Origin: Lachnospiraceae bacterium
Lineage (GTDB): Bacteria > Bacillota > Clostridia > Lachnospirales > Lachnospiraceae
Assembly: GCA_016283575.1 (NCBI GenBank)
Contig: JAEEND010000027.1
Location: forward strand, 2,711-66,710
DNA: 64,000 nucleotides
Reading direction: 5' to 3'
Under the pieces are notes generated by a model. That model was not told the DNA's origin. It searched no databases and saw only the letters and a program-made list of their open reading frames with translations. The translations under genes and the position numbers were made by a program. This document shows positions 1 to 7,898 of this stretch, piece after piece; within the stretch, counting starts at the first letter, position 1; the number at the start of each line of letters is the position of its first letter.

Positions 1-117
1 TGCACGATTGATCTTATAACCTGATGATAACTTTTCTGTTGATTTGCCCTGACTCTTTGTCGTAAGATTCAACATACGATTGGAGTTCATTGCGGTAAGG
101 TTGTGCTGTACTACCAT
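1..117 (-). CDS. fliC: Flagellin, N-terminal 39 codons only (rest lies beyond the window start)
   Basis: Reverse complement reads MVVQHNLTAMNSNRMLNLTTKSQGKSTEKLSSGYKINRA, the same N-terminus as the eight complete flagellins. GGAGG lies 8 nt upstream of the ATG at 115-117. Confidence 0.85.
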   Translation of the reverse strand, partial: MVVQHNLTAMNSNRMLNLTTKSQGKSTEKLSSGYKINRA

Positions 118-186
118 TTTCTTTTCCTCCACTTTACGTTACTAAATACTAGATATTGTGCCCCGGGATTTTCACCCTCACATAAT

Positions 187-213
187 GTATCGGACGCAGC
201 AAAAAAAACTTTA
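187..213 (-). promoter_or_regulatory. SigD/sigma-28-type promoter of the truncated flagellin
   Basis: Minus strand reads TAAA-N15-TCCGATAC (consensus TAAA-N15-GCCGATAT), about 70 nt upstream of the ATG. Confidence 0.55.
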
Positions 214-222
214 TAGCAAAAT

Positions 223-258
223 AAAAAAACTCTCAAAAAAATTTTTTTGAGAGTTTTT
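223..258 (-). terminator. Rho-independent, probably bidirectional, terminator after flagellin 274-1797
   Basis: Near-perfect palindrome A7-CTCTC-A7 / T7-GAGAG-T5, 16 nt past the stop codon. Confidence 0.75.
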
Positions 259-273
259 AATGCCAATATTCGA

Positions 274-1797
274 TTATCCAAGTAAGCTGAGTACACCCTG
301 GTTACTCTGGTTGGACTGAGCAAGCATTGCCTGTCCTGCCTGAGCTAAGATATTGTTGTTTGAGTACTTAACCATCTCGGTTGCCATATCTGTATCACGA
401 ATAGCGGATTCAGCAGATGTGGTATTTTCAACTACGTTATCAAGGTTGTTGATGGTGTGCTCAAGTCTGTTCTGAACTGCACCGAATCTTGAACGTTGGG
501 TTGATACGGACTGAATTGCCTCCTTAACTGCATCGATACACTTAAGAGCCTTGTCGGCTGTGGTAACATCGGCTGCATTAAATGCTTTAAGAGATTCTGT
601 TCTCCAATCATATGTGTAACCCTTTAATCCAAGAGCTGCACCGCTTAAGTTTCCGAGTTCAAGTTCGATCTGGTTATTCTTTGTAGCGTCAGCGCCTACA
701 TGAAGGCTGAGCTTTGTATTATCTAATGTAATATCGGCACCTTTTCCGAGGTATCCATTCTTTAAACTCCAGCTGCCTGTATAATCTTCAGATACTGCTG
801 CGTGAGGTCCGGCAACGGTATCACCGTCGAATATGGCAAGTTTACCGTTTCCGCCACCGATATTTACGTGGTGGGAGGTACCCATACAATATGCATTTTT
901 GTTACCTGCGGTATATGTTGTGCTGTTAAGCTTAGCATATGCCGAAAGTACTTTATTGGTTACATCTGTTCCGTTATTACATCCGGAGATGCTTACCCAC
1001 ATTGTGGTTCCACTTGAGTCATTGGCAAATGCCTTATAGCCATCGCTGTTAAGTCCGGGTGTATCATCATCTACAAATTTCAAGCTGTAATAATTATCGC
1101 AAAGAGTACATGTAGCTGATATTCCTGTACCCATAAGCTTTTCAACATCAGCCGCGGAATTGATACCTGTCAAATCCAAGAATCCTGCAGCATAGGAGCC
1201 ACCGGCGTTAACGGCTGTACCGTTCTGATCACCGCCGACAATATTTCCCGTACCTACTACGTTAGATAACTGAGTGCCTGTATATACGCCAAATACATGG
1301 TTTTCAAATAAATCTACATTGGTTCCGATAAGTTCTTCGGACAGTGCTCCGAAGAATCCGTCTTTTTCTTTTACATCATAAGAACCATCCAGCAGATATG
1401 TTTCGTTAAACTTGGTAGTTGCCGCTACTCTGTCTATTTCTGACATGATCTGGTCTACTTCGTTCTGGATGTATCCACGATCATCAGAAGAAAGAGTTCC
1501 GTTAGCCGCTTTAACTGCCAACTCGTTCAATCTCTGAAGCATGTCCTGAACTTCGTTTAATGCACCTTCTGCTGTCTGTACCATTGAGATACCATCCTGT
1601 GCATTTGAAGATGCCTGTGTAAGACCACGAATCTGCTTACGCATCTTTTCACTGATTGACAAACCTGCTGCATCATCAGCTGCTCTGTTAATCTTAAATC
1701 CCGAGGATAATTTCTCGGTGGAATCCGCCTGTGACTTAACTGTTAAATTAAGCATGCGGTTTGAATTCATTGCTGTAAGGTTGTGCTGTACTACCAT
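274..1797 (-). CDS. fliC: Flagellin, long class L (507 aa) with Cys/His-containing central insert
   Basis: Flagellin D0/D1 termini (MVVQHNLTAMNSNRML..AADDAAGLSISEKM; ..TQRSRFGAVQNRLEHTINNLDN..AQAGQAMLAQSNQSNQGVLSLLG). Central residues ~135-365 are shared only with the other two long copies. Confidence 0.95.
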   Translation of the reverse strand: MVVQHNLTAMNSNRMLNLTVKSQADSTEKLSSGFKINRAADDAAGLSISEKMRKQIRGLTQASSNAQDGISMVQTAEGALNEVQDMLQRLNELAVKAANGTLSSDDRGYIQNEVDQIMSEIDRVAATTKFNETYLLDGSYDVKEKDGFFGALSEELIGTNVDLFENHVFGVYTGTQLSNVVGTGNIVGGDQNGTAVNAGGSYAAGFLDLTGINSAADVEKLMGTGISATCTLCDNYYSLKFVDDDTPGLNSDGYKAFANDSSGTTMWVSISGCNNGTDVTNKVLSAYAKLNSTTYTAGNKNAYCMGTSHHVNIGGGNGKLAIFDGDTVAGPHAAVSEDYTGSWSLKNGYLGKGADITLDNTKLSLHVGADATKNNQIELELGNLSGAALGLKGYTYDWRTESLKAFNAADVTTADKALKCIDAVKEAIQSVSTQRSRFGAVQNRLEHTINNLDNVVENTTSAESAIRDTDMATEMVKYSNNNILAQAGQAMLAQSNQSNQGVLSLLG

Positions 1798-1831
1798 ATT
1801 ATTCTCCTTTCTTGTCCCGCACTATCACGGG

Positions 1832-1845
1832 TGGAATCCTTTCCA
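1832..1845 (-). promoter_or_regulatory. Leader hairpin with GGA in the loop (CsrA-site-like)
   Basis: Minus strand tggaAAGGAttcca: 5-bp stem with AGGA loop. A second GGA lies in the SD (AAAGGAG). Confidence 0.45.
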
Positions 1846-1865
1846 TAACGTGCCCCTCACTATAT

Positions 1866-1892
1866 ATATCGTCAATGCTTTATCATTCTAAA
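1866..1892 (-). promoter_or_regulatory. SigD-like promoter (good -10, weak -35)
   Basis: Minus strand TTTA-N15-GACGATAT. The -10 matches 7/8 but the -35 is TTTA instead of TAAA. Confidence 0.4.
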
Positions 1893-2001
1893 GTAATAAG
1901 CCCGTTAATTATTCGTTAATAATTCATGTTTCTTTTGCACAACAAAAAAGCACAGATCCTTCGATCCGTGCTTTTTGTATATTCAAGTCTGTATTATCAC
2001 T

Positions 2002-2119
2002 ATAATAAACCGCTTCGCGTTTTATTATCGGTCGATAGAATAATCCTCAGGCTTATTCTATCTCTACAATAGACCTTCGGTCTATTGTCATCGCTTGAAT
2101 AATCCCTCCGGGATTATTC
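2002..2119. repeat. Four tandem AT-clamped hairpins downstream of flagellin 2119-3705
   Basis: ataataaaccgcTTCgcgttttattat (2002-2028), agaataa..ttattct (2037-2059), CAATAGACC-TTCG-GGTCTATTG (2067-2087), GAATAATCCC-TCC-GGGATTATTC (2097-2119). Confidence 0.8.
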
Positions 2120-3705
2120 TATCTCAGTAAAGAAAGTACACCCTGATTGGACTGGTTAGCCTGTGCAAGCATTGCCTGTCCTGCCTGAGCTAAGATGTTA
2201 TTGTTAGAATATCTAACCATCTCAGTTGCCATATCCGTATCTCTGATTGCAGATTCAGCAGATGTGGTATTTTCAACTACGTTATCAAGGTTCTTAATGG
2301 TGTGCTCAAGTCTGTTCTGAACTGCACCGAATCTTGAACGCTGTGTGGAAACTGCCTGTATCGCATCTTTAACTGCATTGATACAATCAAGGGCTTTTGC
2401 TGCCGTAGTTACATCGGCTGCGTTAAATTCTTTAAGAGATTCTGACTTCCAGTCATATTTAAAGCCCTTAAGTCCTAAAGCAACACCGCTTAAGTTACCG
2501 AGTTCAAGTTCAATCTGGTTATTCTTAGTAGCATCTGCGCCAACATGAAGATTAAGCTTTGTATTTTCCGGAGTTACTTCAGCACCTTTTCCAAGGTAAC
2601 CGTTCTGTAATCCGTAATAGCTCGAATAATCATCCTGTCCGACTTGGTTGGCCCAGGACTTGCTGGTCTTATTATCTGAGTCAAATAATACCAAAGTGCT
2701 TCCGCCACCGCCGATACATACGTGATGCCAGCTGGATCCTGTATCAGAGAGCGTCTGTCCTGCATTTGATGCGCTGCCGACAGATCCCATGTTATAAGCT
2801 GCCTTGGAACCTGCGGTATGGGTTGTTCCATTATAGCGGGCATAGGCGCTTAATACTGTATCTACTACATCCGATCCGTTATTACAGGAGGAAATATCTA
2901 TCCAAAGATTCTGTCCGCCCGCGGAGTTACCAACTACTTTATAGCCGTTAGCATTCAGTCCTAAAGAAGGATCGTCATCAACCAGTTTGATTGAAAAGAA
3001 AGTTTCACAAGCACCACAGGTTGCGGATAATCCGGTTCCTATAAGTCTTTCGACATCGCTCTTTGTGGTAAGTGATGAAAGATCAAAGCTTGTTGCCGCA
3101 AATCCGGCTCTGCTGGATGTTGCCAGATCCGAACCGTTGCTACCATTAACTATGTTATCTCCGACTAATCCTGCCATTTCGGAACCTGATTTCCAGTCAA
3201 ATACGTGATTGGTAAATAATGACTCGTTGGTTCCTATAATATCTTCGGACAAAGCACCGTAGAAACCATCTTTTTCTTCTACGGAATATTTACCGTTAAG
3301 AAGATAGGTTTCATTAAATTTGGTGGTTGCCGCTACTCTGTCAATTTCTGACATTATCTGATCTACTTCGTTCTGAATGTAACCGCGGTCATCTGAAGAA
3401 AGAGTTCCGTTTGCTGCTTTAACAGCCAGCTCGTTCATTCTCTGAAGCATATCCTGCACTTCATTTAAAGCGCCTTCAGCTGTCTGCACCATGGAAATAC
3501 CGTCCTGCGCGTTTGCGGAAGCCTGTGTAAGACCTCTTATCTGCTTACGCATCTTTTCACTTATGGATAATCCTGCTGCGTCGTCAGCTGCTCTGTTTAT
3601 CTTATATCCCGATGATAATTTTTCGGTGGAACCTGCCTGACCCTTAACCGTTATGTTAAGCATACGGTTCGAATTTATGGCTGTGAGATTATGTTGTACT
3701 ACCAT
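2119..3705 (-). CDS. fliC: Flagellin, long class L (528 aa)
   Basis: Flagellin termini plus the same central insert motifs as 274-1797 (SATCGACETFFSIKLVDDD, ISSCNNGSDV, WHHVCIGGG). Confidence 0.95.
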   Translation of the reverse strand: MVVQHNLTAINSNRMLNITVKGQAGSTEKLSSGYKINRAADDAAGLSISEKMRKQIRGLTQASANAQDGISMVQTAEGALNEVQDMLQRMNELAVKAANGTLSSDDRGYIQNEVDQIMSEIDRVAATTKFNETYLLNGKYSVEEKDGFYGALSEDIIGTNESLFTNHVFDWKSGSEMAGLVGDNIVNGSNGSDLATSSRAGFAATSFDLSSLTTKSDVERLIGTGLSATCGACETFFSIKLVDDDPSLGLNANGYKVVGNSAGGQNLWIDISSCNNGSDVVDTVLSAYARYNGTTHTAGSKAAYNMGSVGSASNAGQTLSDTGSSWHHVCIGGGGSTLVLFDSDNKTSKSWANQVGQDDYSSYYGLQNGYLGKGAEVTPENTKLNLHVGADATKNNQIELELGNLSGVALGLKGFKYDWKSESLKEFNAADVTTAAKALDCINAVKDAIQAVSTQRSRFGAVQNRLEHTIKNLDNVVENTTSAESAIRDTDMATEMVRYSNNNILAQAGQAMLAQANQSNQGVLSLLR

Positions 3706-3741
3706 AACTTACTCCTTTCTCTCCCGGCTTAATGACCGGGT

Positions 3742-3755
3742 GGGCTTCCTTGCCC
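3742..3755 (-). promoter_or_regulatory. Leader hairpin with GGA in the loop (CsrA-site-like)
   Basis: Minus strand gggcAAGGAAgccc, about 40 nt upstream of the ATG. The SD is AAAGGAG. Confidence 0.45.
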
Positions 3756-3820
3756 TTGGTAGTATGGGTACTGATTACCCATCTTAGGTTTCACCCCTCA
3801 TTCCCTTTTTTATTTCAAGC

Positions 3821-3859
3821 CCTATCCGGTCAGCCATGCAGCAGGCTGGCCAGGATAGG
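3821..3859 (-). other. GC-rich imperfect stem-loop after flagellin 3885-5042
   Basis: cctatccggtcagcc / ggctggccaggatagg arms. No U-tract follows on the coding strand. Confidence 0.4.
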
Positions 3860-3884
3860 AAGAGAAATAGTAGTACCGTATTTA

Positions 3885-5042
3885 TTATCTGAGTAATGCA
3901 AGAACACCCTGGTTAGACTGGTTAGCCTGTGCAAGCATTGCCTGTCCTGCCTGACTGAGGATATTGTTGTTAGAATATCTAACCATCTCAGTTGCCATAT
4001 CTGTATCACGGATAGCAGATTCAGCGGATGTTGTATTTTCAACTACGTTGTCAAGGTTGTTGATCGTATGATCAAGTCTGTTCTGTACAGCACCGAGTGC
4101 AGATCTCTGTGTAGAAATCTTCTGGATTGCTGTCTTGATGGTTTCGATTGCTGTAAGAGCATTCTTATCATCAGTACCATCAACTTTAAGACCGTCAACA
4201 CCGATTCCCTTAGCACTCATAGCGTTTAAAGAAACACTAATCTGGTTGTTGGAAGTAGCATCAGCACCTACATGAAGCTTAAGTTCAAGAGCACCTACGC
4301 CTGTACCTGAAGCTTCCATCACAGCCAATTTAGCAGTTGTAGAAGCATCATTGTCGCTTGCGCCAAGTACTGTTGTTCCGGCTGTTACTGCTAATGCCGT
4401 TGCACTTAAAGTATAACCATCTGTTGCGTTTCCTGTTTTGGTATAGAGTTTTCCTACTGCTTCTGCTGTAGCCTTACCGTTCTGATCAATGTAATTGGAA
4501 AGTGCGTTTTCAGAAATCCAGTTACCATTTGCATCATAGTAAACTTTGGTAGGATCCTTAATACCGCCATCTTTAGCAAAAGCGGCTGCAGTATATGAAA
4601 ACTGCTTAACCTTAGTTGCAGAAGAATCACCCTTAAGTAAGTAAGTTTCGTTGAACTTTGTGGTTTCAGCGACACGGTCGATTTCTGTTACTAACTGATC
4701 GATTTCGTTCTGGATATAAGAACGGTCATCTGTTGAGTTTGTACCGTTAGCGGATTTAACTGCAAGTTCGTTCATTCTCTGAAGCATGTCCTGAACTTCG
4801 TTTAATGCGCCTTCAGCTGTCTGTACTGCTGAAATACCATCCTGTGCGTTAGCGGAAGCCTGTGTAAGACCTCTGATCTGTTTACGCATCTTTTCGGAAA
4901 TTGATAATCCTGCTGCATCATCAGCTGCTCTGTTAATCTTAAAACCGGATGAAAGTTTCTCAGTTGACTTTGCCTGTGTCTTTGTATTGACATTAAGCAT
5001 ACGGTTTGAGTTCATCGCTGTTAAGTTGTGTTGTACTACCAT
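3885..5042 (-). CDS. fliC: Flagellin, short class S (385 aa, Cys-free)
   Basis: Flagellin termini (..RSALGAVQNRLDHTINNLDN..QSNQGVLALLR). Variable centre contains YDANGNWISENAL. Confidence 0.95.
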   Translation of the reverse strand: MVVQHNLTAMNSNRMLNVNTKTQAKSTEKLSSGFKINRAADDAAGLSISEKMRKQIRGLTQASANAQDGISAVQTAEGALNEVQDMLQRMNELAVKSANGTNSTDDRSYIQNEIDQLVTEIDRVAETTKFNETYLLKGDSSATKVKQFSYTAAAFAKDGGIKDPTKVYYDANGNWISENALSNYIDQNGKATAEAVGKLYTKTGNATDGYTLSATALAVTAGTTVLGASDNDASTTAKLAVMEASGTGVGALELKLHVGADATSNNQISVSLNAMSAKGIGVDGLKVDGTDDKNALTAIETIKTAIQKISTQRSALGAVQNRLDHTINNLDNVVENTTSAESAIRDTDMATEMVRYSNNNILSQAGQAMLAQANQSNQGVLALLR

Positions 5043-5075
5043 AATTGTTTCCTCCTTGAATGGTTGTAATCTTTA

Positions 5076-5093
5076 CGCGATATCCTTATCGCG
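5076..5093 (-). promoter_or_regulatory. Leader hairpin with GGA in the loop (CsrA-site-like)
   Basis: Minus strand cgcgatAAGGATatcgcg. The SD is CAAGGAGGAA, about 25 nt downstream. Confidence 0.5.
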
Positions 5094-5101
5094 ATTTTTG
5101 T

Positions 5102-5132
5102 GGAACCGCCACCGGGTTTCGGTGGCAGTTCC
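5102..5132 (-). other. GC-rich stem-loop between flagellin genes
   Basis: ggaaccgccaccgg-gttt-c(c)ggtggc(a)gttcc. On the coding strand it is followed by ACAAAAAT, not a U-tract. Confidence 0.5.
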
Positions 5133-5158
5133 TATTGTTTTTGGTTAAGTGACTAATC

Positions 5159-6316
5159 TTATCTCAGAAGAGAAAGAACGCCCTGGTTAGACTGGTTAGC
5201 CTGTGCAAGCATTGCCTGTCCTGCCTGACTGAGGATGTTATTGTTAGAATATCTAACCATCTCAGTTGCCATATCTGTATCACGGATAGCAGATTCAGCG
5301 GATGTAGTATTTTCAACTACGTTGTCAAGGTTGTTGATTGTGTGATCAAGTCTGTTCTGTACAGCACCGAGTGCAGATCTCTGAGTAGAAATCTTCTGGA
5401 TTGCTGCTTTAATAGTTTCGATTGCTGATAATGCATTAGTATCATCAGCGCCATCAACCTTAAGACCGTCAACACCAATACCTTCAGCTGACATTGAAGA
5501 AATGCTAACTGAAATCTGGTTATTTGATGTAGCATCAGCACCAACGTGAAGCTTTAATGTAAGAGCTCCAAGTCCGGAAGCTGTACCTTCTTTCTCGATT
5601 GCTGCCTTAACGATTGTTTCAGCGCCTGCTGCAGGTGAAGCCTTAGCAATATCTGTACCAACCGCAATTTCAGTTCTGGTTCCGGCTTTGAATGCTGCCT
5701 CATCAGCGTAACCGTACATAACCTTTGTGGTCTTTCCTGTTGCTGTGTCAACGTAATCGTTTAAAGCATTTTCAGAAATCCAGTTACCGTTTGCATCATA
5801 AAGAACCTTTGCCTTACCTGCATCTGTAAGTTCTACTGCACCGTTTGCTGTAAGGTTTCCGCTCTTATATGTAACCTGGTTAACCTTTGTAGCACTCTTG
5901 TCACCCTTAAGTAAGTAGGTTTCGTTGAACTTTGTGGTTTCAGCTACACGATCTATTTCTGTTACTAACTGATCGATTTCGTTCTGGATGTAAGTACGGT
6001 CGTCAGTAGAGTTGGTGCCGTTAGCGGACTTAACTGCAAGTTCGTTCATTCTCTGAAGCATGTCCTGAACTTCGTTTAATGCGCCTTCAGCTGTCTGCAC
6101 TGCTGAGATACCATCCTGAGCATTTGCGGAAGCCTGTGTAAGACCTCTGATCTGCTTACGCATCTTTTCACTGATGGATAAGCCTGCTGCATCATCCGCT
6201 GCACGGTTAATCTTATAACCGGATGAAAGTTTCTCAGTTGACTTTGCCTGTGTCTTTGTGTTGACATTCAGCATACGATTTGAGTTCATCGCTGTTAAGT
6301 TGTGTTGTACTACCAT
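5159..6316 (-). CDS. fliC: Flagellin, short class S (385 aa, Cys-free)
   Basis: Flagellin termini. The centre differs from 3885-5042 but keeps LYDANGNWISENAL. Confidence 0.95.
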   Translation of the reverse strand: MVVQHNLTAMNSNRMLNVNTKTQAKSTEKLSSGYKINRAADDAAGLSISEKMRKQIRGLTQASANAQDGISAVQTAEGALNEVQDMLQRMNELAVKSANGTNSTDDRTYIQNEIDQLVTEIDRVAETTKFNETYLLKGDKSATKVNQVTYKSGNLTANGAVELTDAGKAKVLYDANGNWISENALNDYVDTATGKTTKVMYGYADEAAFKAGTRTEIAVGTDIAKASPAAGAETIVKAAIEKEGTASGLGALTLKLHVGADATSNNQISVSISSMSAEGIGVDGLKVDGADDTNALSAIETIKAAIQKISTQRSALGAVQNRLDHTINNLDNVVENTTSAESAIRDTDMATEMVRYSNNNILSQAGQAMLAQANQSNQGVLSLLR

Positions 6317-6350
6317 AATTATTTCCTCCTTGAATGGTTGTGTAAAAAAT

Positions 6351-6368
6351 CACGATATCCATATCGTG
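6351..6368 (-). promoter_or_regulatory. Leader hairpin with GGA in the loop (CsrA-site-like)
   Basis: Minus strand cacgataTGGAtatcgtg: 7-bp stem with UGGA loop. The SD is CAAGGAGGAA. Confidence 0.5.
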
Positions 6369-6419
6369 GCTAAGGGGCTAAAACCCTAAATAACTAATAG
6401 ATTAAAGCTTGGTTACCGG

Positions 6420-6438
6420 GGCGCTGCTAAGCAGCGCC
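6420..6438 (-). other. GC-rich stem-loop between flagellin genes
   Basis: GGCGCTGC-taa-GCAGCGCC, a perfect 8-bp stem with no U-tract on the coding strand. Confidence 0.5.
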
Positions 6439-6456
6439 GCCGATAGTTGGTCATGC

Positions 6457-7740
6457 TTATCCAAGTAAGCTGAGTACACCCTGATTTGACTGGTTAGCCT
6501 GTGCAAGCATTGCCTGTCCTGCCTGAGCTAAGATGTTGTTGTTAGAATATCTAACCATCTCAGTTGCCATATCAGTATCACGGATACTGGATTCAGCAGA
6601 TGTAGTATTTTCAACTACGTTATCAAGGTTGTTGATCGTGTGATCAAGTCTGTTCTGTACAGCACCGAGTGCGGATCTCTGTGTGGAAATCTTCTGGATT
6701 GCTGCTTTGATGGTTTCGATTGCATCAAGTGCGTTGCTGTCATCAGCGCCGTCAACCTTAAGGCCGTTAACGCCGATACCTGTTGCGCTCATAGCTGCGA
6801 GATCAACAGAAATCTGGTTGTTAGATGTAGCATCAGCACCTACGTGAAGCTTAAGAGTAAGATCGTTTGGAATTGATCTTGTTCCTACGAAATTAGCCTT
6901 AACCATTGTAGTAGGATTGAATGCGATCTTTCCTTCGGTATCAAGGAATACTGTACCTGCCTTGCCATCCTGGAAAGTTCCGTCGTTCTTAAAAATAGAA
7001 TCAAGCGCGTTGCTGGAGTATCTGTTGCCGTTTGCATCATAGAGGTTTGCTCTTGTTGCTTCGGTAAATTCAACAGTCTTACTTCCTGCAGTAATCTTTG
7101 CAGTATCACCTGCCTGGAAAGTACCGGCATAGGTTCCAGCTCCGATTACTGTAGCAGCATCTCCACCTGCGTGGTTTGCAGTTGCATTGAACCAGTTCGT
7201 ACCATCAAATACAAATGTTGCGTCAGCTGCAGCTGCATTTGTAAGAGTTCCGGAAAGAGCTGTTGTACTCTTTGCATATGTTGTAGCTGTACTATAAGCT
7301 GCAACTGTCTGAGTTCCGCTCTTATCTCCTTTAAGAAGATAAGTTTCGTTGAACTTTGTGGTTTCTGCTACTCTGTCGATTTCGGACACGAGCTGATCGA
7401 TTTCGTTCTGGATGTAAGTACGGTCATCAGTAGAGTTTGTACCGTTAGCTGCTTTAACTGCAAGTTCGTTCATTCTCTGAAGCATGTCCTGAACTTCGTT
7501 TAATGCGCCTTCAGCTGTCTGTACTGCTGAAATACCATCCTGTGCGTTAGCGGAAGCCTGTGTAAGACCTCTGATCTGCTTACGCATCTTTTCGGAAATT
7601 GATAATCCTGCTGCATCATCTGCTGCACGGTTGATCTTAAATCCGGATGAAAGTTTCTCAGTTGACTTTGCCTGTGTCTTTGTATTGACATTAAGCATAC
7701 GGTTTGAGTTCATCGCCGTTAAGTTGTGTTGTACTACCAT
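6457..7740 (-). CDS. fliC: Flagellin, short class S (427 aa, Cys-free)
   Basis: Flagellin termini. The centre contains TFVFDGTNWF and LYDANGNRYSSNAL. Confidence 0.95.
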   Translation of the reverse strand: MVVQHNLTAMNSNRMLNVNTKTQAKSTEKLSSGFKINRAADDAAGLSISEKMRKQIRGLTQASANAQDGISAVQTAEGALNEVQDMLQRMNELAVKAANGTNSTDDRTYIQNEIDQLVSEIDRVAETTKFNETYLLKGDKSGTQTVAAYSTATTYAKSTTALSGTLTNAAAADATFVFDGTNWFNATANHAGGDAATVIGAGTYAGTFQAGDTAKITAGSKTVEFTEATRANLYDANGNRYSSNALDSIFKNDGTFQDGKAGTVFLDTEGKIAFNPTTMVKANFVGTRSIPNDLTLKLHVGADATSNNQISVDLAAMSATGIGVNGLKVDGADDSNALDAIETIKAAIQKISTQRSALGAVQNRLDHTINNLDNVVENTTSAESSIRDTDMATEMVRYSNNNILAQAGQAMLAQANQSNQGVLSLLG

Positions 7741-7774
7741 AATTGTTTCCTCCTTGAAATTGTCATATGGTTTT

Positions 7775-7792
7775 CACGATATCCTTATCGCG
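7775..7792 (-). promoter_or_regulatory. Leader hairpin with GGA in the loop (CsrA-site-like)
   Basis: Minus strand cgcgatAAGGATatcgtg. The SD is CAAGGAGGAA. Confidence 0.5.
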
Positions 7793-7813
7793 TTGTTACT
7801 GTGATGGTAATAC

Positions 7814-7837
7814 CCGCTACCGGTTTCCCGGTAGCGG
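7814..7837 (-). other. GC-rich stem-loop between flagellin genes
   Basis: CCGCTACCGG-tttc-CCGGTAGCGG, a perfect 10-bp stem with no U-tract on the coding strand. Confidence 0.5.
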
Positions 7838-7898
7838 AGCATTCAAATCATTTGATTACCACGGAGATAATTCTCCAAGTTCCTTACCTACCTGTTGA

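Noticed and set aside
111-323. 70-aa ORF spanning the flagellin stop, the terminator palindrome and the SigD promoter
   Set aside because: It runs across an obvious terminator hairpin and promoter and overlaps two flagellin genes. It has no SD.
703-1395. Flagellinolysin-type metalloprotease insert in the long flagellins
   Set aside because: No HExxH or related zincin motif is present in any of the three inserts. Only the CxxC, Cys and His-His pattern is conserved.
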